Source of the DNA: Botryllus schlosseri | Lineage: Eukaryota | NCBI GenBank assembly: GCA_051294905.1 | Contig: CM119372.1 | Span: forward strand, 3,846,001 to 3,910,000 | Reading direction: 5' to 3' | Length of the DNA stretch: 64,000 bases | In this document: positions 14,177 to 27,100 of the stretch, piece by piece | How positions within the stretch are numbered: position 1 is the stretch's first letter | How the letters are laid out: every line of letters starts with the position of its first letter | Program-made: the position numbers and the translations under genes | Notes under the pieces: model-generated | What the model saw: the letters and a program-made list of their open reading frames with translations, nothing else | What the model was told of the DNA's origin: nothing | Database searches by the model: none

Positions 14177-17100
14177 TTAGGGCTGTTCAAAAGGAATTGT
14201 TTTCTGGATTCCAGCCATTCACTGAATAAATTGCCAGGTTACCCTAAAAAACGCTGCGCACCAAATTTGGTTCAATTCTAACAAGTATAAGGCTCCACAG
14301 ATCCAAATAAAATTTTTAATTTATATGGGAAAATTGAAAAAAAATTCAAATTTTTCTGTCAACCCCATGAAATTGTTGAGCTGTCTTCAAAGGCTAGGCA
14401 AAACAAATTTGACTCAATTCCAACTAGTAGAAGAGGAGTGATCTCCGTGTTGCTCTTCGGCTAAACTATGGGCCTTATGATACGGAAGAGGGCGCCATAC
14501 CGTGATATTTTCTAAATCGGGGTGTTCGAGTAACAGAGGATTCTTATCGCATACCCATACCAATGCTATCATCTTCATCCCATGATGCGGACGAATGCTT
14601 ATTCTGTCGAAAATTTAGACCTCCTGGGATACATCAATATGAATAAAGCTCTGCAGCTGCACCTTTCGCATAGCTCATTGCAGTTTTTGACACTGCATGC
14701 GAACGAATCACATCGATTTTACAACTACTTACTGACTTGAGTAGATATAAAGTCGGTCAATTCTACTTCTAGTAGTTTTAGGCTGCCTTTAAAATGGCTA
14801 TTTCTACTCGTATTTGCGTATATTTGTGCGTCGCTACTTCTACTTGAGTAGCTTTCGTGACTACTTTGATCACCTCCGCTTTCATTTCTACTCAAGTTTC
14901 CAATTTTTTTGACAGGCTTTGAATATCCTCCTTACTTGGAAATTGTTACTTCCACTTTGATAAAAATTTGCGACGTTTAATTCTACTACTTTGAGTAACG
15001 ATGGCTACTTTGATCACCTCTGCCCGTGGACTCCAGCCGAGAAGCTAGACGCTCTACCACCACGTCACTGGTAAAAAATAGAACTCTGAATACGAGAAGA
15101 CTTGCGTCATGCACAAGTTGGCCTGCTTTGAAAAACAGGATAGGCCTACATTACTTTACTATGCAGCCTATGGCTCTAGTTGCGCAAGAAATCACCTCCA
15201 AGTTAACTACGCATGCGAACATGTTCTCCTTCTCGCCGGTAGCCGACGCGTCGGAGGTTCATTTGGGCTTCTCTTTCCCTGTGTCCAGGCAGCAAAGAAG
15301 CCCAGAGAAAGACCCGATGAAGGACAAAAAGACCTAGTGTGATCTGTAAATAATGGCGGACGATAAAAGATCATGATCGAACGATGTCACATCGGGCGCT
15401 AGGCAGACGTGGATGCCGGAATGATAGACCGTAAACTGGCCGTTTCGGCGCATTCCTATCTGTTCATTATAACGCACTGTGTCTTGTATGTCGCATTGTA
15501 CTGGTGTGTCTCTTGAGCGGATGGATATATACGATCCGCGGATTATCGTCCCAAATGACTTGTTCCTAGTCTGACTCTGAACTGAACGCATACCAAGAGC
15601 GCCAACTAACGTAATAACGTTCCGCAGCTACTATCCATAACCAAATTAAGGGATATCTAGATATCACTGGTCAAATTTAACTATAACGCAACGAGCCTGT
15701 GCAGCAGGGTAGTTTAAAAATAACAATTGTTTCAGATTCCAGGGATTCATTGATTAAATTGCTAGGTTGCCTAAAAACGCTGCACAGTGCACATCCAATT
15801 TACCTCGATTCCAACTGATGGATGAGAAGGTCCAGGATCCCAAAATTATTAATGGAAGACTCGAATAACTTCGTTTCTACGGGTTGGAATTGCGTCGAAT
15901 TAGTTTTGCATTGTTTTTGTAAGCAACTAAACAATTTCATGTAAAATTCAATTTTTTTAAAACTGTGTTATACTACTTTCAAAATTTTCAAACTCCTCCC
16001 GTGCCTTCACTTCTAACAGCTTTTTTAACGACCCTACCGTGCAATAACCCTCAAGGTGAGATATCGTAGTGGACTAGTGATACGAGCCACAGCTGCAACG
16101 CCAATGGGTTGTCTTTCCGAGGTCGACTCCGGAATTCCTACCTAAATGTAGAGGTTTATATAGGCTCCTCCTCGCCATCTCATCCGCGTAAGCGGTGTCT
16201 TACAGAAGAGCCTAGAAGTGGGCCGTGCTACAAGTCGGCAGATACGGAATCAAAAATAAAGGATATCGGCCTGATGTAAATGACCATAGTCGTCGACATA
16301 CACCACAAACACTCAAGATACCTGAAGACATATTTTAATGAATTTATCAAAGAACATATTTTCGTGACTCTGTTCTCCGGCATGCATTGTTAGATTCAAC
16401 ACCGCACTTGCGTACGTCCAGTTCCCTATATCTATTCCTCCATGACCTATCCTATATAGACAGCCACCTCAATACAATTACATATGCGACAGTAAATGGA
16501 AAACTATCAAATTTTAATATCCAGTCACTAACATGAAGCACGGAGTTGACAATCTCGTGCAACAGCTTTCATTCAAAGCACGATTGGGATACCGCGTGTC
16601 ACACGTGCAATTTAAACGTGCTACATTTCGACAGAGGTGGCCGAAGTACACAGCGTTGATGCTAGGTAGAAGTAAAAGTAAAGCCTTGAAAATTACCAGA
16701 AGTAGCAATTTCCAATGCATCTCGATCTCAAACCAAATTCAAGAAGTCATGTGTTGACTGTTCAGGTTCGAGTTTAAGTCTTGTGCAACCCACTCTGTAC
16801 TACGCTGCTTAGTGATATCGAATACTTCGTATTCATAATATACTCATTTTGCTCACTTTCAACAGCTTCTGGTCGCATTTACGAGTACCAGTACTAATAG
16901 AGGAAATACCAATAGTGTCGACTGGTAATTTTACTATTCTTCGAAATTACAATGAAATGTCGGTCTTGGCAATCCCAGCCTCGAGTCATATGACTTGGTC
17001 CGAGTCATGCGCAATGACTCGAGCACAAGTCGAGTCAATACACAGATTGACTCAAGTCGAGTCGATTCATTTTCCGCATTTTGAGAAAATGACTCAAAAT

Positions 17101-18874
17101 CAAGTCGAGTCATCAAAAAATCGCGGCCAGAGTAGAGTCATGACTCAAGCCACTAAAGCCCTGACAAAAGGTTTTAAAAGTAGTTGAGCCTACAAACTGT
17201 TTGAGGACAAGTGAAAGTACTCAAAAATGATAACCAACGGAGAAAGCAGTGCAAAACCTACCGAGTACTCCAAAAAATTTAAAGTACCTCGTCACCGACC
17301 AATGACCACCTCCGAGTTAAGGAAAGTACGACGACAGCGCAATATCAAACGATAGACCAAAATGGAAACATTATTCAAAAATAGAAGCGTATCAAAAAAT
17401 ATTGTCTCGTCAATCCTGATGAAGATTTCGTGTAGGCCGTTTCAGTTTTGATACTGCTGACGGCACAGGACACAGCTCATCACACACAAAGAATACTGCA
17501 AAAACAATGAACAACAGTGAAATATAACAGTCTGACAATTTTTACATTCAATTTCTGGTACTTGGGCGGGTAACCTATCCCAGTGTTCATCCAATGAGGC
17601 TTTGTACTAAAATATTTCCATTATTTAAATAGAAGAACTCCAGCCTTCAATGATTCCGGTTCCTAAAGTCAAAGCCACCTCATCGGGGTACCACAGTTGG
17701 AATTGTACATGGTTACTACAATGCACTTGGCACAGTATTATGCCAGCACCACGCTCAAGCGTTTCACAGATGCTTCTTGGCCTATAACTAGAACTGGACG
17801 CAATGATTCGAGTACTCGAATCTGAATCTAGTATTAATTCTAACGATTTGAGTAGTAAGTGATGATCTTTTAGAGTATTGAAATTATACGCTCCTTGCCA
17901 CTAAGAGGTAATTTATCAATGGCAACTGTAGTTTAGATCCTATTTTGCACTGTTCAACGCTGTAAACCTCGATTGGTCGTATTGCAGCATAAAAACATGC
18001 GGCACAAAGCTATTACACATGTAAGTGGAAATGATATATCTGTGAAGTAGTGATCAATCCACAACACTGTCTTAAAGTGCATTGGAATTGGTGTGGCCGA
18101 AAAAATAACAAATATTCATTAATCCTTGCGGTAGCAAAAACATACATGTTTGAAATTTCCACATATTCATACTGCCGTGACGTCATCACGAGCGATACTC
18201 AAATGCTCGAAAACTAATACTCACTTCAGAAATAAAATACAAAGACGAGCACAGATGTCAGTCAAGGCACCAGCGGTTCTCAACCGGGATGCCTATCGGA
18301 CGGTGAGAGTTGCTGACGACATAAAAATTACGGGCATAAAGATTCTGAGCAACATTGGGAAGCTTTTGACTAACAAAGGCCACAGGCAATGATGTCGTGA
18401 TACTGAGGTTTAGCTGAGAGTTATGACCATTTTTTTCATATTTTTTTCCTACCACTACCAGAATCCGGGGGTGAACACTGTTGCTGTCATCACTGAACAG
18501 TGATGACTTATGCTGATGACCTATTTTCTCTGTCATTAGCTCCCCAAATCTTGTACTAATGGCATTCGAAGCGCTAGGGGGCCTCAAGTGATTTTTTCCT
18601 TCCATAGAGAGCGCCAAGGTCAAAATGGCTGAGAACCAGCGCAATACACAAACTAAAACAGATTTCGCTACTACTGTGAGCATCATGATGAGTAGCAAAG
18701 TAACATGCAAACACGATTCTATCTCCGAACCACAAGAAGAATATGGGATGTCATACCACCCCCGATCAAACCCGCCGCTAATACGGCAAAGTATATCGAT
18801 GGTATCAGATTCGCAACCGGACTACGCGTTTCAATGCACGATATTGACATTCGCAATGTGCAATTATAGTCTTG

Positions 18875-20017
18875 TCATTTATCTATAGCACTGCTGCAGC
18901 AAGGCGTGCTGAAAACTCCATACCGCCCGTATACGTCTCTGCCACGGACAGCAAAATAGTACTTGAACTTGGACGAGAATTGGCTCAAAGTACACGCCAT
19001 TGGTAACGTCATAGCCTTTATAGGATCACTCTTGATCTTCCTCCATCGAATTGAATTAGTGGTCGCGTTGGAATCGTGCTGGTAAACATACAGCTCGTAA
19101 TAATCCATTTTTGCATACATTGATGTGTTGCTATGGTCCCACGACAACTCAATGCCATCATTGCTCTTCCGAATCTTCAACTCCGGTTTAAATGGGGCCG
19201 GTAGAATATTTGCAGGCAGATTTTTAGGTGGTAATGGTGGGTAAGGCAAGGGCGGGTACGGAGGGACTTGTTCCTCGCGTTTGACAGCCGAGCTTGATTG
19301 TGACGGCTTTCTTGAAGGTGTTTTCACTTCATTTTTCACTGGCCCAGCTGTTGCCTGTGATGCACCAGCTGAATTATTGCATTTACTTTTTGAAATACTT
19401 CGTGTTCTACTGAAAGTATCGCTAGTTTTGACACAATTTGTTGGTGTGCGTATATCAGCCTTTACATCATGCGGAAGGCTGGTCCGCTTCGAGCTGGGGG
19501 TAATCTGGTCGCTATCATCTTCCGTGAGGTCAATGATATCATCAGGCTGAGTGATCTTCTTCATTTTAGGCTGATTTGGAAGGTATTCCTTTTTCACAGG
19601 CTTCGGTTCACATACGCCAGGCTTGGGAGCTTTGATTCCGTTTTCTTGTTTAATTAAAAGTGGCGGCAAGCCGGGTACATCATCCGTCTGCGTCATGGCA
19701 TCGGCAGTTTGCACTTGTTTTTTCAACTTCAAGTTTTTAATCGATTCCTGCTGCCTGTTCAGTACCATGGCCATGCGCTTAACGCGTTGCTGCATTTCCA
19801 CGGCGAAATCGTGCCAATTTTGGCAGTTTTCATCCACTTTCTCGTGTTTAGCGATGAGTTTCTGGCACAGATTGTCTTTGAACGTACGCTGTTCGATTGA
19901 TTTCATTTGAAAACTTACTCCTTCTTCGATTAATTGTTTCAGGTAATCCAGGTCTGTACGTGGCCTCTTGTCGATGTTTTTCATGCTCATTGGGCTCAAC
20001 GAGCGTTTATTTGACAT
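18875..20017 (-). CDS. ATF7IP: ATF7IP/MCAF1/Windei-like SETDB1 cofactor, compact 380 aa, intronless CDS
   Basis: C-terminal FNIII domain with family motifs (IELSW, YELYVYQ, WRKI, IKAMTLPMACTLSQF, YYFAVRGRDVYGRYG.FS.PC); preceding Pro-rich PPLP segment; SIM-like DDIIDLTEDD; N-terminal coiled coil; in-frame stop upstream of the ATG. Confidence 0.88.
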   Translation of the reverse strand: MSNKRSLSPMSMKNIDKRPRTDLDYLKQLIEEGVSFQMKSIEQRTFKDNLCQKLIAKHEKVDENCQNWHDFAVEMQQRVKRMAMVLNRQQESIKNLKLKKQVQTADAMTQTDDVPGLPPLLIKQENGIKAPKPGVCEPKPVKKEYLPNQPKMKKITQPDDIIDLTEDDSDQITPSSKRTSLPHDVKADIRTPTNCVKTSDTFSRTRSISKSKCNNSAGASQATAGPVKNEVKTPSRKPSQSSSAVKREEQVPPYPPLPYPPLPPKNLPANILPAPFKPELKIRKSNDGIELSWDHSNTSMYAKMDYYELYVYQHDSNATTNSIRWRKIKSDPIKAMTLPMACTLSQFSSKFKYYFAVRGRDVYGRYGVFSTPCCSSAIDK

Positions 20018-21423
20018 GATGAAAATTATTTTATAACAGTGTACTTAGCCTAGTGTGTGAACTAATGTCTGGAAAATATGTCAAACTCTTATTTGAATCT
20101 GATGATGATCATGGTAATGTGAAGAGTTACACATACAGGGACAGTCACAAAGAGAGACAGAAAGTGAAAAAAAATTCATCATTTCATCACAAAAAAATAC
20201 AAAATAACAAAAACTTCAGACACATAATTATACTAGTCAATAGGGCTGATTATTTTTCAAATTTTACTGGCTGCAGGATAAAATTGTTAGGTTACCGGTA
20301 GCTAAAAATACGCTGCACACCAATTGTGGCTCAATTCCAACCTATAGAAGCATTGCTATATAAGAAAAAAGTTTTCAATTTATTTAATAAAAATATATAT
20401 AGAATTTTTTCTAATTTTACCGGCTACGGTACCCCATGAAATTGTTGGTTGTCTGAAAAAGCGATGAACAACAAATTTGACTAATTCCAGATTTGACTAG
20501 TTCTCGGTGCTGAAAATTTGTGATTTGAAATCATAGTAGGCTATTTACGGTGGGTATAGATCTATAATAAATATTGAATAGACTATATTTCCAAATCCAA
20601 AATGTGGGGTTGACAGTAAACTTTAAAAAAATCTAAACTTTTTTTTTTAAATAAATTCAAAATTTTCAAACTCCATTGCATGTAGAACTGCACAGTGCAC
20701 ATGCGCAACTACCAGTTCAGTTGGAAGTTCAAGTTTATTCATAAAATTTCATCATTTCAAAACATCACAAGACTGCGATACAATGAAAGATGAACGGTGC
20801 TGAATTGACTTGGAGTAGTCTTTCAGATCAGACACCCATCTGGGAAACTTGAAACGAACCGAATTTGGTGTGCAGCGCATCTTTAGACAACCTATAAAAA
20901 TATAATCAGTGAATCCCCGAAATCCGGGAAAAAGGTATTCGTGAACAAACCGCGCACATATACACGAATTACATAATAATATAGCCTGCTAATAGGCTAG
21001 AACCCAGTATCTCGCGAAGATCACGAACGCTACCAGACTTTCATATATGCAATTCATGAGACTTAACCTGTTGACTTCTTGTCTATACGCTACGCCAAGG
21101 CCCCGACGCCCCTGCCTCGCCTACCTATGCTGCGCAATTGCCCATTAGCAACATGCAGCGCTGCCCCAAAAGCAACCTACGACACCGGCAATCCTTGCAG
21201 AACAAAGGATTTGTATTGGAAATTTTATTTTAGTGGATTTGGATTTACTGATTTTCAGGTAGATTTACTTAAATAGTTTTAGACAGTCGCGAGCTTTTCT
21301 AATCCAGTATTGAGGTGATTAGTGGATTAGTATAGCGGCGTGGCTCAACTTCACAAAGATGTTATGAAGTGTACGTCATGCACGACTGGATCTGTAATCC
21401 GGTGCAGCTCCACTTGTGCGATG

Positions 21424-21456
21424 CAAAGTCACTCAACTCATAGTTGAGTGACTTTG
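21424..21456. mobile_element. 33-bp palindromic mini-element consisting of TIRs only
   Basis: caaagtcactcaact-cat-agttgagtgactttg flanked by exact 8-bp direct repeat GTGCGATG; second copy at 48104-48136. Confidence 0.75.
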
Positions 21457-22123
21457 GTGCGATGCATATTGAGTTTTTCCACCTGGTCGAAATATCGCTC
21501 AGAGTGGGCCCTGAAGATCGTTCAAGGCTTTACAAGACGTTAGATTTAAACAGATCGATTACAGAACAAAGGTTAGTTGGATCAAAGCGTGTCATGGAGT
21601 GGAGAAACTTTTCCTGGAATACTGTGACCAAGAAGACTATATTATACTCCATTCGACATCTTCCGACCTTCCTTATACCTTTTCTTTCATTATTATAAAA
21701 TAATGGAATTACAAATTTTTCTGCTGCAATAACTTCGCTTCTAGTGGTTGGAATTGAGCCGAATTTGGTGTGCATCATCTCTACTGACAGAGTGACAGCC
21801 TAACAAAGTAACAATTTTATGGGGTAGACAGAAAAATTTGATATTTTATTTTCTATATAATAAATTCTATAACATAGTAAGAACCTCGCTTCTACTGGTT
21901 GGAAATCAGCCAAATTTGGTGTGCAGCGTTGTTTTAGCCAACCTCACACAATTTTATCACTGATGGCCAGTGAAATCTGAAGTATTTTTTTTTGAACAGC
22001 CCTAGCTGTGCATAGATACAGGTCAATGACTCCGCCCATTTGCTTAACCATAATGATCATATTTTCCAGACAATATTACGTCACACACTAGTTTACATAC
22101 ACTGTTATAAAAGGATTTTCATC

Positions 22124-22609
22124 ATGTCAAATAAACGCTCTCTGAGCCCGATCGACATGACAAACAAGAGACCACGCACTGACATCGATTACATTAAACA
22201 ATTAATCGAAAAAGGAGTAACTTATCAAATGAAGGCAATCGAACAGCATACATTCAAAGACGCTATGTGCCAGAAACTGATCGCCAAACACAAAGACATG
22301 GAAGAAAACTGCCGAAATTGGCACGAATTTGCCGTGGAAATGCAGCATCGCGTTAAACGTATGGGTATGGTGCTGAACAGGCAAGAGGAGTCTATTAAAA
22401 ACTTGAAAACAAAAGTGAAAACTGCCGATGCAATGATGCAGACGGATGACGTACCCGGCTTACCGTCGCTTGTTAGTAAACAAAACGGAATCAAAGCGAC
22501 CAAGCCTGACGTAAGTGAAGTAAACCCTGTGAAAAGGGAATACTTTCCAAATCCTCCGAAAATGAAGAAGACTGTCACTCGGTACGATGATATCATTGAT
22601 CTCACGTGA
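22124..22609 (+). CDS. Truncated inverted paralogue of the ATF7IP-like gene (161 aa; coiled coil and SIM, no FNIII); possibly a pseudogene
   Basis: MSNKRSLSP...DDIIDLT* aligns with the N-terminal part of the 18875-20017 protein; homology continues with stops and frameshifts to ~22742 and then ends. Confidence 0.7.
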   Translation: MSNKRSLSPIDMTNKRPRTDIDYIKQLIEKGVTYQMKAIEQHTFKDAMCQKLIAKHKDMEENCRNWHEFAVEMQHRVKRMGMVLNRQEESIKNLKTKVKTADAMMQTDDVPGLPSLVSKQNGIKATKPDVSEVNPVKREYFPNPPKMKKTVTRYDDIIDLT

Positions 22610-24144
22610 GATGAAGTAGCAAATGCAAAGTAGCCTTCGGCATGTTGTAAATACGGCACTGAAATACACACACCGCCACCCGCACATTGTTTCAAAACTG
22701 GTTAATATACCATCAGTAGAACATGCGTTATTTCAAAGAGTAGGCCTAAAGGTGTCAACTGCCATAATTCTGCCAGTGTGTAGTGTTCCTTTCAATTCTC
22801 TTCTAGTCACTAACGATTACCCCTGAGCCTGAGAGCCTGACTACTGTCAATCGGAAATATCCGAGTTTATTGCAATATGATTATATTGTTCAATTGTCTA
22901 CTGCAGTTCTGTACCTCCACGAGTTTCTTCGATTGAAAATAGTATACTTATACAACAATATAAGTTCGACAGAAGTGATTTTGCGGCAATTATGTTGTAG
23001 TGGTAATAAAATTACAAAATATCTCAGCTGGACTCATAGCACATAAAATCCAAATTCCGAACAGTAGTAATGAATGATGAAGATACGGTAGTATTGGAAA
23101 TAGTTGCGAAATTCTATATTGAAATTATTGCATTCACTAATGTGTTGAAGATACTCTTGGAGGTACAGAACTGAAATCACGTATGTTTGTTACATATTAT
23201 TATCGTTTTCAATGCAAAATGATCATAACATGATATAATGTAATGATAGGAAGTCACACAATGGACTAATCAACTATCCATGAGTAGATAATTTTAGAAC
23301 TGTCAACATCATCGTGACATTAGAAAACCTATCTTAGTCGATAGCTTCTGTTCCGAAAGTATAGTAGGCCTATACTGCTGAATATGACATCGATATCACC
23401 AAGGACGCACGGTCTTCGGGACAGCATAGTCTTGATGTTTTTGGTGTTAGGATGAGGACCGTGATGTCTGACTGTATGTCAATAACGATGTTTTAGCTTT
23501 TGGCGGAGTCCCTGACTATAAAGCATGTTGCACATAAATTGGTGCTTTGTCTGCCTCATAAAAAGAAGAACAGTTTCATTCATCGTATTTTAGTCCTGTT
23601 GACTTCTAATTATTTTGAATTACTTCATTTTCATGAAATACAATGAAAAATTATAATTTGCATGCTCAACCACTTAGATATACAATCTTCTTTTCAATTC
23701 GCCGTATAGCTGCTGCCGCTAATCTGTTGTGTGTCAGGGTATATTTCAATATGAATATATTATTCAATTGGATACTTTGATAATTCTATATCCCAATGCT
23801 CACACAGTCGTACTAATGAGGGGGCTGAGCAGCCTGGGGGCAGATACCATCATCATGCCTTTATACCATCCTCATGACTTTGTTTCTATATCTTGTTATT
23901 TATGTTGCCTGAAATCATATTGATTTCAAACAAACTGGTGATCCTTGTCCGCTGGGATGAGGCAATGACATTTATTCGTCTTCCAATTTCTTTCTACATT
24001 TCAGCTCGTACATATATATAAGATATGTTCCGGCGTAGACTTCTAAGTTGAGCGGCTGCGCCTCTAGATTATCTCTACGTGCAATATTCTGTTCCATACC
24101 TGGACCGGGTAAAGATCTGTTGTGCTGCGGTCGATTGGATTATA

Positions 24145-27100
24145 ATGTTCAGTAAGATTGGCAATATTCTGCAACAAGCAGTCGACGCACTTGCCCCGGA
24201 ATCGACTCCTAAAGATGATTTTTTGTATCATTGGAAATGTATTACGAACTTTTATGTTGACAACACGGATGATAAGTGTCCTGTAAGTATTTGAATGTAA
24301 CTTTATTCTTGTGTTGCAACTTTTCTCAATAATTAGGGCTCGTACCCTTCAGGCGTACGAAAATAATATAATGCCAGTTTGAAACAACAACAATAATAAT
24401 TTGAAACTGAAATCAATTTCAGCATTTCAAAATGCTTTACTTCGCATTCTTTCAAAATCACAAATCAGACGCGTCTTGGTCACCCCTTGGTGTACAGACG
24501 TTAACCATTCTGGTGGTTATGGGAATGCGCTGTGATTTGATATGAACTGAACTTCTATTTCTGCCGTATTTATTTCTCATTCGCAATTTCATTCTATTTC
24601 CAAGTTTTTTGAGAATTCGGCAATTCTAATCAAATTTGGAAAAAGCTGTGTAGCTCGAATTGTAATTCTAATCAAACTTGGAAAAAGCCGTGTAGCTCTA
24701 ATTCTAATCTAATTTGGAAAAGCTGGAAATTTTCTAGTTGTCCAAGTCTGGTTTCCAGAACTACATACAGCAATGTATATGTATATGTGTTCACATATTT
24801 CTGAATTTGTAGTTATGCTCGTAAAATCAATGAATTTTCATCCAATGATTATAAGATAAAATCTGATCATAATAATACTTAAATTACATCCGTTCCTTGA
24901 CATTGTTGCCCTGAAGCTGTTAATAAAGGAACATTGTGCTTGTACATGAAAATTCTCGTAATTAGAAATTTCCTTCCTAGCCTAATCTTGCTGACATGCT
25001 CTGTCCATGTTCAGAGTCAATATAACTTGATTCGTGTAACACTGTCCCTGTGAGTTATGTAGCAGGATTAATGTCGAAATCAAGTGAATTGTGTTTGGCA
25101 TCTCAGCTTTGACGTTTGATTTCCAGCCTTTCCTTCTCACAGGTCAGTTCGACCAATATCCCATCGCATTTAAACCAAATGCTGGTATTTTTGGTCGAAG
25201 AGGAGCAAGAAAGAGAATCTGGGAATACGGGACCTTGTATGGAATATTTATTGCAGGTTTGTAAGGTCTCGATTCTTACTGTGTTGTTTTGTTGCATCGC
25301 GATTTGAAATTACATAAGAGTCAAAAGAGTCACACGTTCTTGCATAGTATCTAGGATTATAAATTTATTATTGTATTTTTATCGTCATTTCAGCAGTTTC
25401 TTTCATTCTACGAAACAAAAACTTTGTATTGTTGATTCATTCACAAAGAGCTTTTCGGCTGTATTTCATCAGTAACAGTGACAGTAGTAGTATATTATAA
25501 TTAGAATTATAGCTACACAGTTTCTCTAAAAATTCGATTAGAATTAGGGATACTGAATTTGCAAAAACTTTGAAATCTATCCAATTCCGAATTAGTAAGA
25601 AATACAGCAAATTTCAAGCTCGATTCATATCAAATGAAAGGTACCGTAATTCTCATAAGCATGAAAATGGAAAATAGCCTATCTATACACCTAGCTTGGC
25701 CCGCTTGTTACTGTGCAGTTCTCCTGCAGCATTTTCAGGAGGATTAGTTTCGATTTAAAATGAGAGAATTGCAACATTTCACAAATTTGATCAGAATAAG
25801 ACTACCTAAATTTCTCCCTCGATTAGTCTAATTAGAATAGGCCTGCTTGAACTATATAGTTTCTCAAGTCTGATAGTAACGGTACACAACAAGAATTCAC
25901 ATATTCAGTAATTAATAGCCCTAAACAACAACACATTAATGAAGTACTCCAAGGTAGAGGCAGTGTTTAACTGTAATTTCTATTCCAGCATAAATTACTG
26001 GAAACAGTGCATACCCTGGGCCGTGCCGATTGCCCGCCCGGCATGAAGACCCAGGTGCTACGATTCTTCACAAGTCTACTGGGCAGAATCCACCAGCCCC
26101 TGCTTCCTCACGTCAATGTCCACAGGTAGGGAATTTATGGTTCATAGCCAAAAAGCATGCCATCAAAGTAGCCTATTGCTGTTGTAGGCCTGTATCGAAA
26201 CTGGTCCGGGTCTGCGGAGAAGTGGCGGCAGCTCCAACGGAACCAGAAGAGATCGCGTTTCTTTGCACGGTATGCGCGCGACTGAAACAGGAGCCTCACC
26301 TGGCGCATTTGTTCCTGCGGAGCAAAGAACAGAACCCAAAGGTACTTACCAATGTGCTCTCCCAGTTAATTGCAGCTCATAACGTGCCACGGTTCACGTA
26401 ACACCCTCTAATTCAGTTCTGCGCCGTGATTCTAATGATAAAATCCTTATACAAGTGAATACTATACTATATTCTTATTCAATATTTCATGCTTGTGAGT
26501 TGTGACGTCATATTTTGTGACACGATTGCCCCTGGCGAGTGTCAGCCGAAAATATTCGGGTTCATTTCATTGTGAATATACTAACTCAATTGTATATTGA
26601 AGTTCTTTACCTCCAAGAAGCTCTTCATATATCCATAATGAAATGAACCCAAAGATTTTTGGCTGACACTCGTCAGGGATCGCCCAATAGTTTCACGGTT
26701 TGAGCGAGTCGAACCTAACTTGAACTCAATACTGAACAGTAAGCAATATGGCTTGGATTCGGACTCGAGTCTTAACACTGTGACTCGGACTCGACCCGTT
26801 GCTCCCTGACTTTGGCTCGGTCGTGAAGTAAAAATGACTCGAGTCTAAACTATAAAAGTCAAATTGACTTGTGACTCGGAACCTTGTGACTTGGTTACAA
26901 CCTGTATTGCCGGTCATGGGTCTGTCGTTCAATTTCAGACACAAAAAGAGATGCAATACCCTTCCGGAAGCTCGTCATCGCCAAAGCCTCCCAGGTACGA
27001 CACCAACACTGCCGCAGACACCAAAACTTCGAAAGGAGGAGCAAAAACCGTTAGCAACCCAGGCGCTTCAAACGACTCTCAAGGAAACCTCCACTCGTAC

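Noticed and set aside
18258..18710. 150-aa minus-strand ORF downstream of the ATF7IP-like gene
   Set aside because: No recognisable motif or splice support; likely 3'UTR or chance ORF.
19281..19910. Plus-strand ORFs overlapping ATF7IP, and minus-strand ORFs within the hAT transposase at 45298-47124
   Set aside because: Antisense shadows of real coding sequence.
22607..22609. TGA as selenocysteine or readthrough in the ATF7IP paralogue
   Set aside because: A TAG follows 8 codons later and the downstream homology is frameshifted.
23400..23560. Faint minus-strand EAD...IVIDIQSDITVLIL resembling a PIN/XPG-like transposon nuclease
   Set aside because: Too short and degenerate to support without a profile search.
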